Of a stretch of DNA of 64,000 nt, positions 19,303-28,765 are shown piece by piece; position 1 is the stretch's first letter, and the number at the start of each line of letters is the position of its first letter. Source of the DNA: a virus. Below the pieces are notes generated by a model that did not search any database, was not told the DNA's origin, and saw only the letters and a list, made by a program, of their open reading frames with translations. The position numbers were made by a program, and so were the translations under genes. The DNA lies in IMG/VR virus record IMGVR_UViG_3300028536_000001, positions 40,874-104,873 of that record. One strand, 5' to 3'.

Positions 19303-19587
19303 ATGACCCATTTTCTCCTTGCTTTGAGCATGCTTATTTCCGCAAAAGATTATAAAGCAAATACCGTTCCACCAACAATAGTCACGGAATTCAAGGACGG
19401 CGGAGCTTATGTAGTTGGCTTGGATGGTAAAATCCGAACCTGCCTGCCGATAGAATACAGCCTTCTAGTTCGAATCGAGAGAACCAAGGGTCAGGACCTT
19501 AATTTCTACTACGCGGTTCCAGGAGTACGGCTATTTCCTGACAAAGATACGCACTATACAGTCCTGTGCGTTTTGGTGAAACCATGA
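19303..19587 (+). CDS. hypothetical protein with signal-like N-terminus
   Basis: MTHFLLALSMLISA. Confidence 0.5.
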   Translation: MTHFLLALSMLISAKDYKANTVPPTIVTEFKDGGAYVVGLDGKIRTCLPIEYSLLVRIERTKGQDLNFYYAVPGVRLFPDKDTHYTVLCVLVKP

Positions 19588-20864
19588 CAAATAAAAAAAT
19601 TTCCACCGAGTTACAAGAAAAAATCCGGGAAGCAAAACGACTAGATCCTTCACTGTCCAGCAGAAAACTGGGAGAACGATTTGGTGTTCACAACACTACC
19701 GTGCTTAAGACTCTTGGGGAAAAAAGTCCAGAAAATGGACAGATTCTGACAGAGCAGTCAGAAGTTTCTGGAAATGACTGGACTATTTCTCTTCCGAAAA
19801 CGCGGATTCACACGCTGGAAGAGTTATTGGAATACTGTAAGGTAGATTTGTTGGTCTGGGAGGCAGAACGTTTCGTTTGTAACAAGTATGAGATGGGAGC
19901 TAAGAACGAAAAGGGAGATTTGGTTGTTGAGCCTTTGTTCCAAGTTAAAGCGTTTCTGAAGAAGAAGGTTCACGTAGCGAACGCTATCAAGGAGATCGAA
20001 GCACTTAAGGAAAAAGCAAAGAACTATTCTCCAGAACCTCCTCCAGTTCTTAAACCTAAGACCTCTTCTTACATGTTAGAGCTTGCGCTCGTTGATCATC
20101 ATTTCGGGAAACTTGGTTGGCAACCAGAAACTGGTAGCAAAAGTTATGATATAAAGGTCGCGGAAAAGATTTATTGGGAAGCATTTAACACTCTTATTGA
20201 TCGCACAAAGACTTTCACTTTTGATGAAATAGTCATGGTTATCGGAAATGATTTATTTCAGAGTGACACTGCTGAAGGAACTACGACTAAAGGAACTCCA
20301 GTTTCTACCGACGGACGGTACCACAAAGTATTTACTCTAGTACGCGATACCATGATTAAATCTATCGAAGCTCTTCGTCCTTTGGCTAGAAAAATCAAGG
20401 TTGTGATGGTAAGTGGTAATCATGATTCTCTGTCCGTATTTTCTTTAGGCTCTAGTCTGGAGATGTTCTTCTTTCGATACGATGATGTGGAAATAGATAA
20501 CAGTCCTCGAATGAGAAAGTACTACCAGTACGGTAGTAATATGCTACTGTGGACTCACGGTCACAAGACAAAACTGTCAAATTTGCCTATTTTGATGGCC
20601 ACAGAACAGCCAAAAATGTTCGGGGCTACCAAGTATAGAGAAGCCCACACTGGTCATAAGCACACAAGTCAATCTGAGTTGATCATACTAAAGGATGGAG
20701 ATGAGAACCACGGTGTCCGAGTACGTATTCTGCCTGCCTTGTGCGGAGTGGATGACTACCACGCAGATCATGGTTTTGTTGGGAACCTGCGATCAAGTGA
20801 AGCGTTCGTGTGGGAGAAGTCGTCCGGTATCGTAACTATCGCCATGTACACTGATCCGGATTAA
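19584..20864 (+). CDS. HTH + calcineurin-like phosphoesterase-fold protein
   Basis: N-terminal HTH (SSRKLGERFGVHNTTV); VDHHFG, IGNDLF, SGNHD, THGH, HTGHKH. Confidence 0.8.
   Translation: MTNKKISTELQEKIREAKRLDPSLSSRKLGERFGVHNTTVLKTLGEKSPENGQILTEQSEVSGNDWTISLPKTRIHTLEELLEYCKVDLLVWEAERFVCNKYEMGAKNEKGDLVVEPLFQVKAFLKKKVHVANAIKEIEALKEKAKNYSPEPPPVLKPKTSSYMLELALVDHHFGKLGWQPETGSKSYDIKVAEKIYWEAFNTLIDRTKTFTFDEIVMVIGNDLFQSDTAEGTTTKGTPVSTDGRYHKVFTLVRDTMIKSIEALRPLARKIKVVMVSGNHDSLSVFSLGSSLEMFFFRYDDVEIDNSPRMRKYYQYGSNMLLWTHGHKTKLSNLPILMATEQPKMFGATKYREAHTGHKHTSQSELIILKDGDENHGVRVRILPALCGVDDYHADHGFVGNLRSSEAFVWEKSSGIVTIAMYTDPD
19725..19741 (+). repeat. 17-bp dispersed motif (1 mismatch)
   Basis: AGTCCAGAAAATGGACA. 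Confidence 0.8.
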
Positions 20865-20869
20865 TAGTC

Positions 20870-21631
20870 ATGTCTAAAGAAAAACAAACACATTGCTTAC
20901 GAGGACACGAAAGAACTCCTGAAAATACAACCAAGAGTCACGGTTGTAGAATATGTGCTAACGAAAGCAATAGAAGACACAGAGCGAACAACCCAGAGAG
21001 GTTTAACAGATCCTATCAAAAACATGCTGAGAAAATGTTGGAATGGAACTTACATAATATAGATTCTCTACCCAAAGAAATAGTTTGTTCAAAATGCAAT
21101 AATCTTCTATCTCGTGATTGTTTTACGCCTAATCTAAGAAAGAAGAGAGGCGCTGCGGCTTGGTGTAAGAGTTGTATAACTGCTAAAAGTAAAGCTATCA
21201 AAAAGAGAAACCAAGACGCCGGGTTCTGTAGATGCGGAAATCCACCTAAAGAAAGTTTTAAGCAGTGTGTCGAGTGCATTCAAGCAGAAAGAGTTAAACG
21301 AATACACGAAAGAAATTTGATTTTAGATGCGTACGGTAGAAAATGTCAGTGTCCAGGATGTGATATAGATATTCCTGAATTTTTAACCATCGATCATATA
21401 TTTGACGATGGAGCACAGCATAGACGAGAACTATCTACTACCGGAAATGATCGATCTTGCGTAGGAGCAACATTTTATAGGTGGCTTATACGAAACAATT
21501 TTCCTAAAGATAGATTTCAATTATTGTGCATGAATTGTAATTTTGCTAAAGCTAAGGGCGGATGTCCTCATACAAGAAATAAGGAGAAATATGATTACTA
21601 TAGGAGTGACCGGTCGTTGCAGATCTGGTAA
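20870..21631 (+). CDS. HNH endonuclease
   Basis: HCLRGHE N-terminal domain; YGRKCQCPGC...LTIDHIFDDG...QLLCMNCN. Confidence 0.88.
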   Translation: MSKEKQTHCLRGHERTPENTTKSHGCRICANESNRRHRANNPERFNRSYQKHAEKMLEWNLHNIDSLPKEIVCSKCNNLLSRDCFTPNLRKKRGAAAWCKSCITAKSKAIKKRNQDAGFCRCGNPPKESFKQCVECIQAERVKRIHERNLILDAYGRKCQCPGCDIDIPEFLTIDHIFDDGAQHRRELSTTGNDRSCVGATFYRWLIRNNFPKDRFQLLCMNCNFAKAKGGCPHTRNKEKYDYYRSDRSLQIW

Positions 21632-22151
21632 ATCGACGGTAGCGAAATCTGTCGTAAAAGAAGCAAACAAAAAAGGACTGACTGCGGAAATATTTGAACT
21701 GAGCGCGTACGTATTGAAGGATGCTATCAGCCAAGGTTTAATTCCTATTGGAAAATCCAGGGAGGATCTTACTCCAAAAGAAGTTGAGCAGCTTGTGGTT
21801 GTGGGTACTCAGCGCCGAGAGGAACATCCCGACTACTGGATCAGGATGATGAAGAGAGACGTTCGGGAGAGAAAGGCTGATGTCGCGATTATACCAAACG
21901 TACGATATCTCAACGAAGCACAAGCAGTCAGGGATTTGGGTGGAAATATAGTTCGCGTCCAAGCTTACGTGGCCGATAACGTCGAGTGGGTATCGCGGGA
22001 TCGCGACCCCAATCATTCTTCCGAGATAGAGAACTACCAAATCCAAGCTGACTACTTTTTGGTGACACGCCGAGGTCAATCATACCTTCTTGGCCGTCAA
22101 GCGGCCACGTTGTTTAACTACCTTATAGATGGAGCGGATCATGCAAACTAA
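21591..22151 (+). CDS. deoxynucleoside monophosphate kinase-like P-loop protein
   Basis: IGVTGRCRSGKST, DYWI, IPNVRYLNE, H.SE. Confidence 0.8.
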   Translation: MITIGVTGRCRSGKSTVAKSVVKEANKKGLTAEIFELSAYVLKDAISQGLIPIGKSREDLTPKEVEQLVVVGTQRREEHPDYWIRMMKRDVRERKADVAIIPNVRYLNEAQAVRDLGGNIVRVQAYVADNVEWVSRDRDPNHSSEIENYQIQADYFLVTRRGQSYLLGRQAATLFNYLIDGADHAN

Positions 22152-22389
22152 TGAACTATTGCTTGAATCTGGTATCACAAAAGACGACCCTGATTATTGG
22201 AAACATTTTAATCTATGTCACGCATCTTTGTCGCCTTTAGGTATAAGAAATGGTTTAGATCCGCGTATTAAAAAAGTAATGACCGAAAAAGGTTTAGGAA
22301 ATATGACAGAGAATGGAAGAAAACACCTTATCGCCTCCTTCGCGTCTATTTTGGATCGTTTACAGGAGGTGGAATTAAATGCCAATTAG
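22141..22389 (+). CDS. hypothetical protein
   Basis: Overlapping coupled ORF. Confidence 0.5.
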   Translation: MQTNELLLESGITKDDPDYWKHFNLCHASLSPLGIRNGLDPRIKKVMTEKGLGNMTENGRKHLIASFASILDRLQEVELNAN

Positions 22390-22969
22390 CGAAGAAGGTC
22401 TTCACCATCCAAAGCCATTTATATTCTCCCACTCGGGGCAAAAGATAGGTCCCGGGTACCAAGCACCCAGTGTTGAGGACATCGCCGTATCTCTTGGCCG
22501 CATCTGTAGGTTTGCTGGGCACGGATTGAAGTTTTGGAGCGTGTTGTTGCATTCTTTTGTCGTTCAAGATCTCGTATGTGAAGAAGCCAAAGGGATCGCG
22601 ATACTACATGATGCCTCAGAAACGGTTTTTTCGGACATCCCTACCCCGTTTAAGGAAGATAAGACTCGACTAATGGAAGCCGATCTTCTAAATACTATAT
22701 TCAGAGAGCATTTGTCAAACAAGCACTACAAGTCTTATCATCTAAATCCTGATATATGGAAAATGGTTAAAATCGCGGATACTGAAGCTTTTCTCGGAGA
22801 AGTAGGTGTAATTGGTACAAAGGCGTTACGAAGTTTGTACCCCGAGCGGTCAGTAAAAGCGGAAAAGCTGGTTCGAAAATATCTGAAGAAATATAGTGTA
22901 CTGGATACAGTTAGCAATGAAGGTATAGCTGTTATAGATTTTATTCGCCGTGTAAAGGATTATCAATGA
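22379..22969 (+). CDS. HD-domain 5'-deoxynucleotidase-like (YfbR-like)
   Basis: DIAVSLGRICRFAGH...SVLLHS...LHDASE...DIPTP...KIAD. Confidence 0.85.
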   Translation: MPISEEGLHHPKPFIFSHSGQKIGPGYQAPSVEDIAVSLGRICRFAGHGLKFWSVLLHSFVVQDLVCEEAKGIAILHDASETVFSDIPTPFKEDKTRLMEADLLNTIFREHLSNKHYKSYHLNPDIWKMVKIADTEAFLGEVGVIGTKALRSLYPERSVKAEKLVRKYLKKYSVLDTVSNEGIAVIDFIRRVKDYQ

Positions 22970-23163
22970 AAAAATTTACACCATCGGCTCCTCAATGTTC
23001 TTTTTGCAAAAAGACTATATACGGTACTTTGGAGGCTGCTCGCGCCAGCGTTGAACACATTAAGCAAACTGTGGGTCTGTACAAACCTTATTTACGCGCT
23101 ATGCTATCAGCCTATCCTTGTCCGCGTAGCAAAGTTTATCATATAGGACACAAACGATTTTGA
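22966..23163 (+). CDS. small Zn-binding hypothetical protein
   Basis: CSFCKK...YPCP...YHIGH. Confidence 0.6.
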   Translation: MKKFTPSAPQCSFCKKTIYGTLEAARASVEHIKQTVGLYKPYLRAMLSAYPCPRSKVYHIGHKRF

Positions 23164-23167
23164 TAAC

Positions 23168-23184
23168 CGTCCGTTTTCTGGACA
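23168..23184 (-). repeat. 17-bp dispersed motif (1 mismatch)
   Basis: Reverse complement TGTCCAGAAAACGGACG, intergenic, just before the terminator. Confidence 0.8.
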
Positions 23185-23188
23185 AATA

Positions 23189-23212
23189 AAAACCCCTCAA
23201 TTGAGGGGTTTT
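23189..23212. terminator. intrinsic (possibly bidirectional) terminator
   Basis: Perfect inverted repeat AAAACCCCTCAATTGAGGGGTTTT after the last gene of the + operon. Confidence 0.85.
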
Positions 23213-23270
23213 GTCGTATATACTTGTTGTTGAGTAATGACGTTAGGAGAATAAAAGGTGAAGATTTTTG

Positions 23271-23299
23271 TTGACTTTTCTCTAAAAATTTGATATAAT
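23271..23299 (+). promoter_or_regulatory. sigma70-type promoter for downstream HNH
   Basis: TTGACT-17 bp-TATAAT. Confidence 0.75.
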
Positions 23300-23426
23300 A
23301 TAGTTATATTTCAGTGACTTAGAGGTTTGTATTAAACTACAGTGGTGTAAGAAGTGTGAACAATGGAAGTCGCCTGACGAGTTTAAATCGATTCGAAAAG
23401 GTACGCATTGTTGCGCTTGTAATGAA

Positions 23427-24002
23427 TTGTATTCAAAACTAAGAACTAAAGCATGGCGAGAAAACAATAAAGAATTCGTTGCTGCTAGGTCAAAAAGACG
23501 ACGTGAATTATTTCCCGAAAAAATTAATGCTTGGATGAAAGCTTGGCGAGAAAGAAACGCTGAACATATTAAAGAATATTCTAAACAGTACTACCGAGAT
23601 AACGTAGAGCAAGTGCTTCCTAAAAGAAGAAAATGGCATCGTGATAACAACGAGCGTTCTCGACAGAATAATAAAAACTGGAAATCCGCTAATCCAGATA
23701 AAGTTAAAATGTACGATCATTTAAAAAGAGCACGTAAAAACGGTGCGCCAGGATTTTGTAATCCAGAGCAATGGGAAGCAAGATTTAACTATCATGGTCG
23801 AAAATGTAGATATTGCTGCTGTAAACTAGATGATAGTACGGTTCAAGTAGAGCACATGATTCCACTACGTCATGGAGGAACGAATTGGCCCTCGAATCTA
23901 GTTCCCTCGTGTAGGTTCTGTAACACAAGTAAGAAAGATAAGACCTATAAACAGTTTATACGTTATATAAAAGAAAACCCTGACTTATTCGGTCAGGGTT
24001 AA
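23427..24002 (+). CDS. HNH endonuclease (frame open upstream to about 23304)
   Basis: CRYC...VEHMIPLRHGGTNWPSNLVPSCRFCN; upstream in-frame CKKC...C..C lacks an ATG/GTG/TTG. Confidence 0.88.
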   Translation: MYSKLRTKAWRENNKEFVAARSKRRRELFPEKINAWMKAWRERNAEHIKEYSKQYYRDNVEQVLPKRRKWHRDNNERSRQNNKNWKSANPDKVKMYDHLKRARKNGAPGFCNPEQWEARFNYHGRKCRYCCCKLDDSTVQVEHMIPLRHGGTNWPSNLVPSCRFCNTSKKDKTYKQFIRYIKENPDLFGQG

Positions 24003-24006
24003 TAAT

Positions 24007-27000
24007 TTATGGTTGTTCGTTTTGTTGCCATAGAAGTCTCACTCGTCGAAACGTAGGATCTGAAAGACGCTCTTCTGGCGTCATTTCTTTGTACGCCTTA
24101 GCCATGTAGTTATTTTTCTTCTTTATAAGAGTCTTAGCCAAAGCTGATTTTTCTGACGGTGTAGCAGCATCCCACACTTGAAGAGCAGATGGCATATCTA
24201 ATCTGGATACGTGTGAAACCATTCGTGCAGTCTGCGGGTCCATCCCCGCCGTCAATTTTATGTTAGTAAGTATTTTCTTGTGTTCGGATTCAGTAAGTGG
24301 ACCAAAATCTTTGGCATCGTTAAGCTGCGCAAGAGTTAGATTGCCTGCCCGAATATCGTCTTCGAATTTAGATATAGCTTGGGATCTACGTAATTTCTCT
24401 GGATTCAGTGGTAGACCTGATTCTGATTTTTCCGATGCAATGTTGGACGCTAGTTTTTCGGCTTCTGTTCTGTAGGGAGTAACTGTGATACCACTGGCTT
24501 TAAGAACTTGTCCAACGTTTCCTACGCTTGAGGTGTCTCCAGAAGCTATCTGTCCCAGTGCCTGAAAAGGAAGAGGAACCATATTACGACCTATGTCTAC
24601 AGCAAGATCGCCCGGTTGTAGTTTACGTCCGAAATTATCTCGTCCAGTGGCTACTTCTTCTGCGATTCTGGCAAAAGGACTCATACGTCCTTTCAGAAAC
24701 CCTACAGGGTCGGATGCCATATGAAGAACGTCTGTTGGGAGGGTACGAACTGAATAAATATTCTCTTTGCCATCTTTATCTTTTACGGCAAAACCGAACG
24801 GTGCTTCTAAGTGCATATCGCCGGTGTTAACTAAATTTGCGACTCGTGCGACGCCCCACAAACCAAATGCCATTTTTGCGGCTTGTTCTCTAGTAAAATT
24901 TCTACCACCCAATCCACCACGCATCATAGATGCGGCTGCCCTGGCTTCCGACTCGACCCAATCTGGGGCTAATGCTAACAAGTGAAACCAATCCTGCGTA
25001 GCTGTCGCACGGCCCATTGCACGCCAGTTCTGGCCGCCAAACGCATTATTGACGTGCTCTGCTGTAGCCTTACCAACGGCGTCTCTAGTCCAGTCGGGAT
25101 GCGCTTTCTGGTATTTGTCGAACATCATTTCAGCCGCTTGCGCCTTCATGGAGGGGATATAGCGGTTGAATAGGAAATCCTGATACCAATCCAGCGCCTT
25201 ACCTATGACTGGAATCTTGGATAGAATAGCACTGTGTGACGCTACGCCTGCGGAGTGCTCTTGGATTGCATTGCGGTCAGGGGCAATTGTCAATCCGTTT
25301 TCAACTGTCGTTTTCAAGTCTGGACGAGCATTTAGTTCACCGATTGGATGAATCTTAAGCGGGTTCACACCCATCATAACTGCGCGTAGAGCCTCCTGCT
25401 GCAAGTGGAATGGCGAGAAACTGAGCAGCACTTTCTTGGCTGCGCCTCCGCCCTTGAGAATTGGTCCTGTTATCTTTCCTATTCCTTTGTTCTCTTTTAG
25501 ATATGATTTTTCCAACCCGAGACGATTAATCATGTAGTCGGCTATTTCTGGATGGAACTTGATATCCGACCGGGAAATTACGTTGGTTCCGTCGTCTGTC
25601 TTAGCCAGCCAGTTCCATCCACTCAGAGATTTATCCCGAGGAGTAACATAGTCCTGCGGATGCCATGCGTATGTAGATTTTACATACTTAGCGTTTAGGT
25701 CACCCAAAGCAGAGGCTGGAGCAGTGCCATTTTTCACGTTCTTGAGTGTCTGTATGTCCTTACGCAGCACATCATTCCCCTCCGCGTCGTACTGAGGGGT
25801 TTGGCCCGTGGCTTTATTTTCAAACTTGTTGATGAACTGATCAATATTATCAGGACGAATTGAAGAAGTTGTAGAAACAATGTCTCCGCGTTGCAGGAAT
25901 CTGTCTAATTCTCCTGACTGCCTCATTTGGTCAATCAAGTGATCAGCAATGTGAATGTTGCGAACACGGTTTGGGTTGATCATCAGGGATGGATCTGACC
26001 CATCGGCGTTCTGGACAACGTGACCTTCTCCAGACAACACAGTCAAGGGTCTACCGTCCGATCCACGCACGTTATGATCGCGCAGGAAGTCGATTAGCTG
26101 GCGGTTTGCCGCAGCCTTTTGGATAGAGCCTAGATCGTGCCCAATAATAGCTACAGGATCGTCTGTAACCAATTGGCGGCCACGTAGCAGTCCTTCTGCG
26201 TAGGTATCCCACACACGTTTGCGGGCTTGGGTCACATTTGTATCAAACATGCCAGTGCGAGCCTGCTGGATCAGACGGTTTCCGATGTCAGAATCTTCGC
26301 CCCACACGTGGTGAATGTGGTTCTCGATTTTGTCGTGGATCAAACCATTTGTAGAGGCTTCGTTCCAATTTTGATCGTCACGGTCACGAAGTTTTTGGTA
26401 GATTTCCTGTTCTTTGTCAGTTAGCCCTTTAGCAACGTCATGATAGGCGTTTATGAATTTTGAGACGTAGGTTCGTTGTTTGTCGTTGAGTTTTGCGTTG
26501 TGGACGAGTTCGACGAGATTTTCTGGGAGGCCAGGATGCTGGCTTTTTTGGAACGGTGCAAGTCCTCTAGTCGTCCCTTGAGGTACTGATCGACCTGCTC
26601 CTTGGTTAATATTTGCATGACCTATATCCTTGAGTGCCTGTTGCACGTTTGAATGCTCGGAAGGAAGAGATTTCAGAGCATCTTTATTATATAATGAAAA
26701 GTATTTTTTAGCTAGATCTTTAATTTCTGCTTTAGATAAATCTCCGTATTCTTTTAAATCTTCTCCACCTTCGGAAAGATGGGTACCTATCTCCTCGAAT
26801 AGTTCACCTGGGTGATAACCTAAATTTAATAAAAACTTTACCGCTTTGTGGACCACAGGATCTGGACTGTTTACAAAACCGTTGACTACCTTATCGGGTA
26901 ATTTATTTTGATCTAACCAAGTATGTGTAGCTTCGTGATTATAGGTGTTCTGAACATTTGATCGATCTTGCATCAAAACGAACGAATCTCCTGGGTTATT

Positions 27001-28758
27001 TCCCATTTGTCGCAGAGAAGAAATCGCCCAATCATACCCTTGTCTTTGTTCTTTTGGTAAAGAATCAGCCTGTTTTTGGATTTCTAAGGTAATCTGGTTA
27101 AGTTCACGTCTGTTTATGTTGGTCCCTAACCAACTATCGGGACGAACACCATCAGTTTTCTCCAGAGCACGATTAATTATTTCAGAAGCAAATGGATTCA
27201 AAACCACAGATGGAGGATGGTTTTCCGTGGCAGGAAACGTCTTGAAAGCCGCTTCTTTGCTAAGACCCGAAGGGTCAACACTATAGTTTCCCGACTTATC
27301 TTTTGTATACAGTACCGCTGCCTTATCCGAATAGTTACTCCATTTATCAGCTAAATCTTGACTTCCTCCTGTTTTGATAATATCGTTCGGACTAATATCT
27401 TCTAAAGGCTTATCTATTTTCAGACCAAGAACTTGCTGTTCTGCATCCGCAAATTCTCCAGGTTTAAAATCTTCGGGACCGCCAAGTTTTCTTTCTGGCT
27501 GATCAATTGCATCGGCCAAAGCATTGCCGGTTTGCCTCGCTAACTCAGGATCATTTCCTGTATCCATCGCGACCAAGAGTTTACGTGCGCTTGCATCTGC
27601 GATATCTCTGTCCGCTTTTGATTCAAAAACTTTACTAAAGCCGAGTTTCTGATCCATTTCCTCGCGGGTGGCGTTTTCCCAATTCTGGGAAGTCAAATTC
27701 GCGGCTTGGTGTGCTCCCTCGCGCTGCCCAAACGCTTCATTCAATTTCTGGTTTTCACCGGACGGTCTCAAGCGCTCTCGTTCATTGATCGACCCGCCTG
27801 CAAGTTCCCCGGCAGAGTGCATCGCGTGAGAAACACCTAACAGTCCAAGTGTTCCGCCAACTCCACCTTCTACCATATATTCTGCCGCGTCATCGTAGCG
27901 ACCTTCCTTGAGCAGATCAAAAACTTTAGGAACAGTCTGGACGGCTTGGTGTATCTGCTGTCCGGTAAATCCGGTGTCCATCAAGAACTGCGTACCCTTG
28001 GCTAGTTTCTGAGCTTTGACTGCATCCATTCCAAGATTACGGAAGACAGAAGATACACCACGGGTTACTAAATTTCCACCAGTAACATCGGCTTCTTTCA
28101 GCCCAGAATCATAGAGCAAATTCTGAAGGGAACGAAATTCATTGTACTTCATTCCAGTTGCTTCAACTGCACCAGAAACAGACTGGCCTGTAGTTTTGAA
28201 TGCCTTAGTAGCTGCTTCAGCGGCCTTACCAAACTGCGCAACCTTTTCAGCGGCTCCTGCTGCATCTAATCCCTCGGCACCAGCCATCAAAGTACTTTTC
28301 AGCACGTTAGCGCCAGCCGATTCCAGGAATCCAGCGGTACCTAGAGTACCTACAGTCAAGAGCAGAGATAGAGGTGAAGTGAATCCCGACAAAACTTTCT
28401 CGGCACCGCGTTCCAGCCCACCAGCGCCGGGACGAGATTCTGGAATTCCGAATAAACTCTCCGTCAAGGGCTGATTAGCCAGCCGCCAGCTCTTGGCCAA
28501 CAATCCTTCATTTGGATCAGGCTCGTTGTCCGTTTTCTGGACAGACTGACCGCCGAAGGCCGCAAACGGGTCTGATGAATCTTGTGGGGCTTGAGTAGGT
28601 TGAGGAGAGGATGGAGACTCCGAAGAAAGCGCAGTACCGCCGAAGGCCGCAAACGGGTCTGATTGAGGGGGAGGAATATTTGTAGGACTTGAATTTGCCT
28701 GAGTTGGCGAAGATATAGCCGATCCGCCATACGCCGCAAATGGATCATCTTGTGGCAT
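24007..28758 (-). CDS. large internal virion (ejection) protein / polyvalent protein
   Basis: 1583 aa, last gene of the virion operon; N-terminal DPFAAFGG repeats; NHEATH (HExxH). Confidence 0.7.
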   Translation of the reverse strand: MPQDDPFAAYGGSAISSPTQANSSPTNIPPPQSDPFAAFGGTALSSESPSSPQPTQAPQDSSDPFAAFGGQSVQKTDNEPDPNEGLLAKSWRLANQPLTESLFGIPESRPGAGGLERGAEKVLSGFTSPLSLLLTVGTLGTAGFLESAGANVLKSTLMAGAEGLDAAGAAEKVAQFGKAAEAATKAFKTTGQSVSGAVEATGMKYNEFRSLQNLLYDSGLKEADVTGGNLVTRGVSSVFRNLGMDAVKAQKLAKGTQFLMDTGFTGQQIHQAVQTVPKVFDLLKEGRYDDAAEYMVEGGVGGTLGLLGVSHAMHSAGELAGGSINERERLRPSGENQKLNEAFGQREGAHQAANLTSQNWENATREEMDQKLGFSKVFESKADRDIADASARKLLVAMDTGNDPELARQTGNALADAIDQPERKLGGPEDFKPGEFADAEQQVLGLKIDKPLEDISPNDIIKTGGSQDLADKWSNYSDKAAVLYTKDKSGNYSVDPSGLSKEAAFKTFPATENHPPSVVLNPFASEIINRALEKTDGVRPDSWLGTNINRRELNQITLEIQKQADSLPKEQRQGYDWAISSLRQMGNNPGDSFVLMQDRSNVQNTYNHEATHTWLDQNKLPDKVVNGFVNSPDPVVHKAVKFLLNLGYHPGELFEEIGTHLSEGGEDLKEYGDLSKAEIKDLAKKYFSLYNKDALKSLPSEHSNVQQALKDIGHANINQGAGRSVPQGTTRGLAPFQKSQHPGLPENLVELVHNAKLNDKQRTYVSKFINAYHDVAKGLTDKEQEIYQKLRDRDDQNWNEASTNGLIHDKIENHIHHVWGEDSDIGNRLIQQARTGMFDTNVTQARKRVWDTYAEGLLRGRQLVTDDPVAIIGHDLGSIQKAAANRQLIDFLRDHNVRGSDGRPLTVLSGEGHVVQNADGSDPSLMINPNRVRNIHIADHLIDQMRQSGELDRFLQRGDIVSTTSSIRPDNIDQFINKFENKATGQTPQYDAEGNDVLRKDIQTLKNVKNGTAPASALGDLNAKYVKSTYAWHPQDYVTPRDKSLSGWNWLAKTDDGTNVISRSDIKFHPEIADYMINRLGLEKSYLKENKGIGKITGPILKGGGAAKKVLLSFSPFHLQQEALRAVMMGVNPLKIHPIGELNARPDLKTTVENGLTIAPDRNAIQEHSAGVASHSAILSKIPVIGKALDWYQDFLFNRYIPSMKAQAAEMMFDKYQKAHPDWTRDAVGKATAEHVNNAFGGQNWRAMGRATATQDWFHLLALAPDWVESEARAAASMMRGGLGGRNFTREQAAKMAFGLWGVARVANLVNTGDMHLEAPFGFAVKDKDGKENIYSVRTLPTDVLHMASDPVGFLKGRMSPFARIAEEVATGRDNFGRKLQPGDLAVDIGRNMVPLPFQALGQIASGDTSSVGNVGQVLKASGITVTPYRTEAEKLASNIASEKSESGLPLNPEKLRRSQAISKFEDDIRAGNLTLAQLNDAKDFGPLTESEHKKILTNIKLTAGMDPQTARMVSHVSRLDMPSALQVWDAATPSEKSALAKTLIKKKNNYMAKAYKEMTPEERLSDPTFRRVRLLWQQNEQP
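28527..28543 (-). repeat. 17-bp dispersed motif (exact)
   Basis: Reverse complement TGTCCAGAAAACGGACA. Confidence 0.85.
28549..28748 (-). repeat. three copies of DPFAA(F/Y)GG at exact 87-bp (29-aa) period
   Basis: 28-bp identical ACCGCCGAAGGCCGCAAACGGGTCTGAT at 28549 and 28636; a diverged third copy near 28724. Confidence 0.9.
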
Positions 28759-28765
28759 GTTTTAA

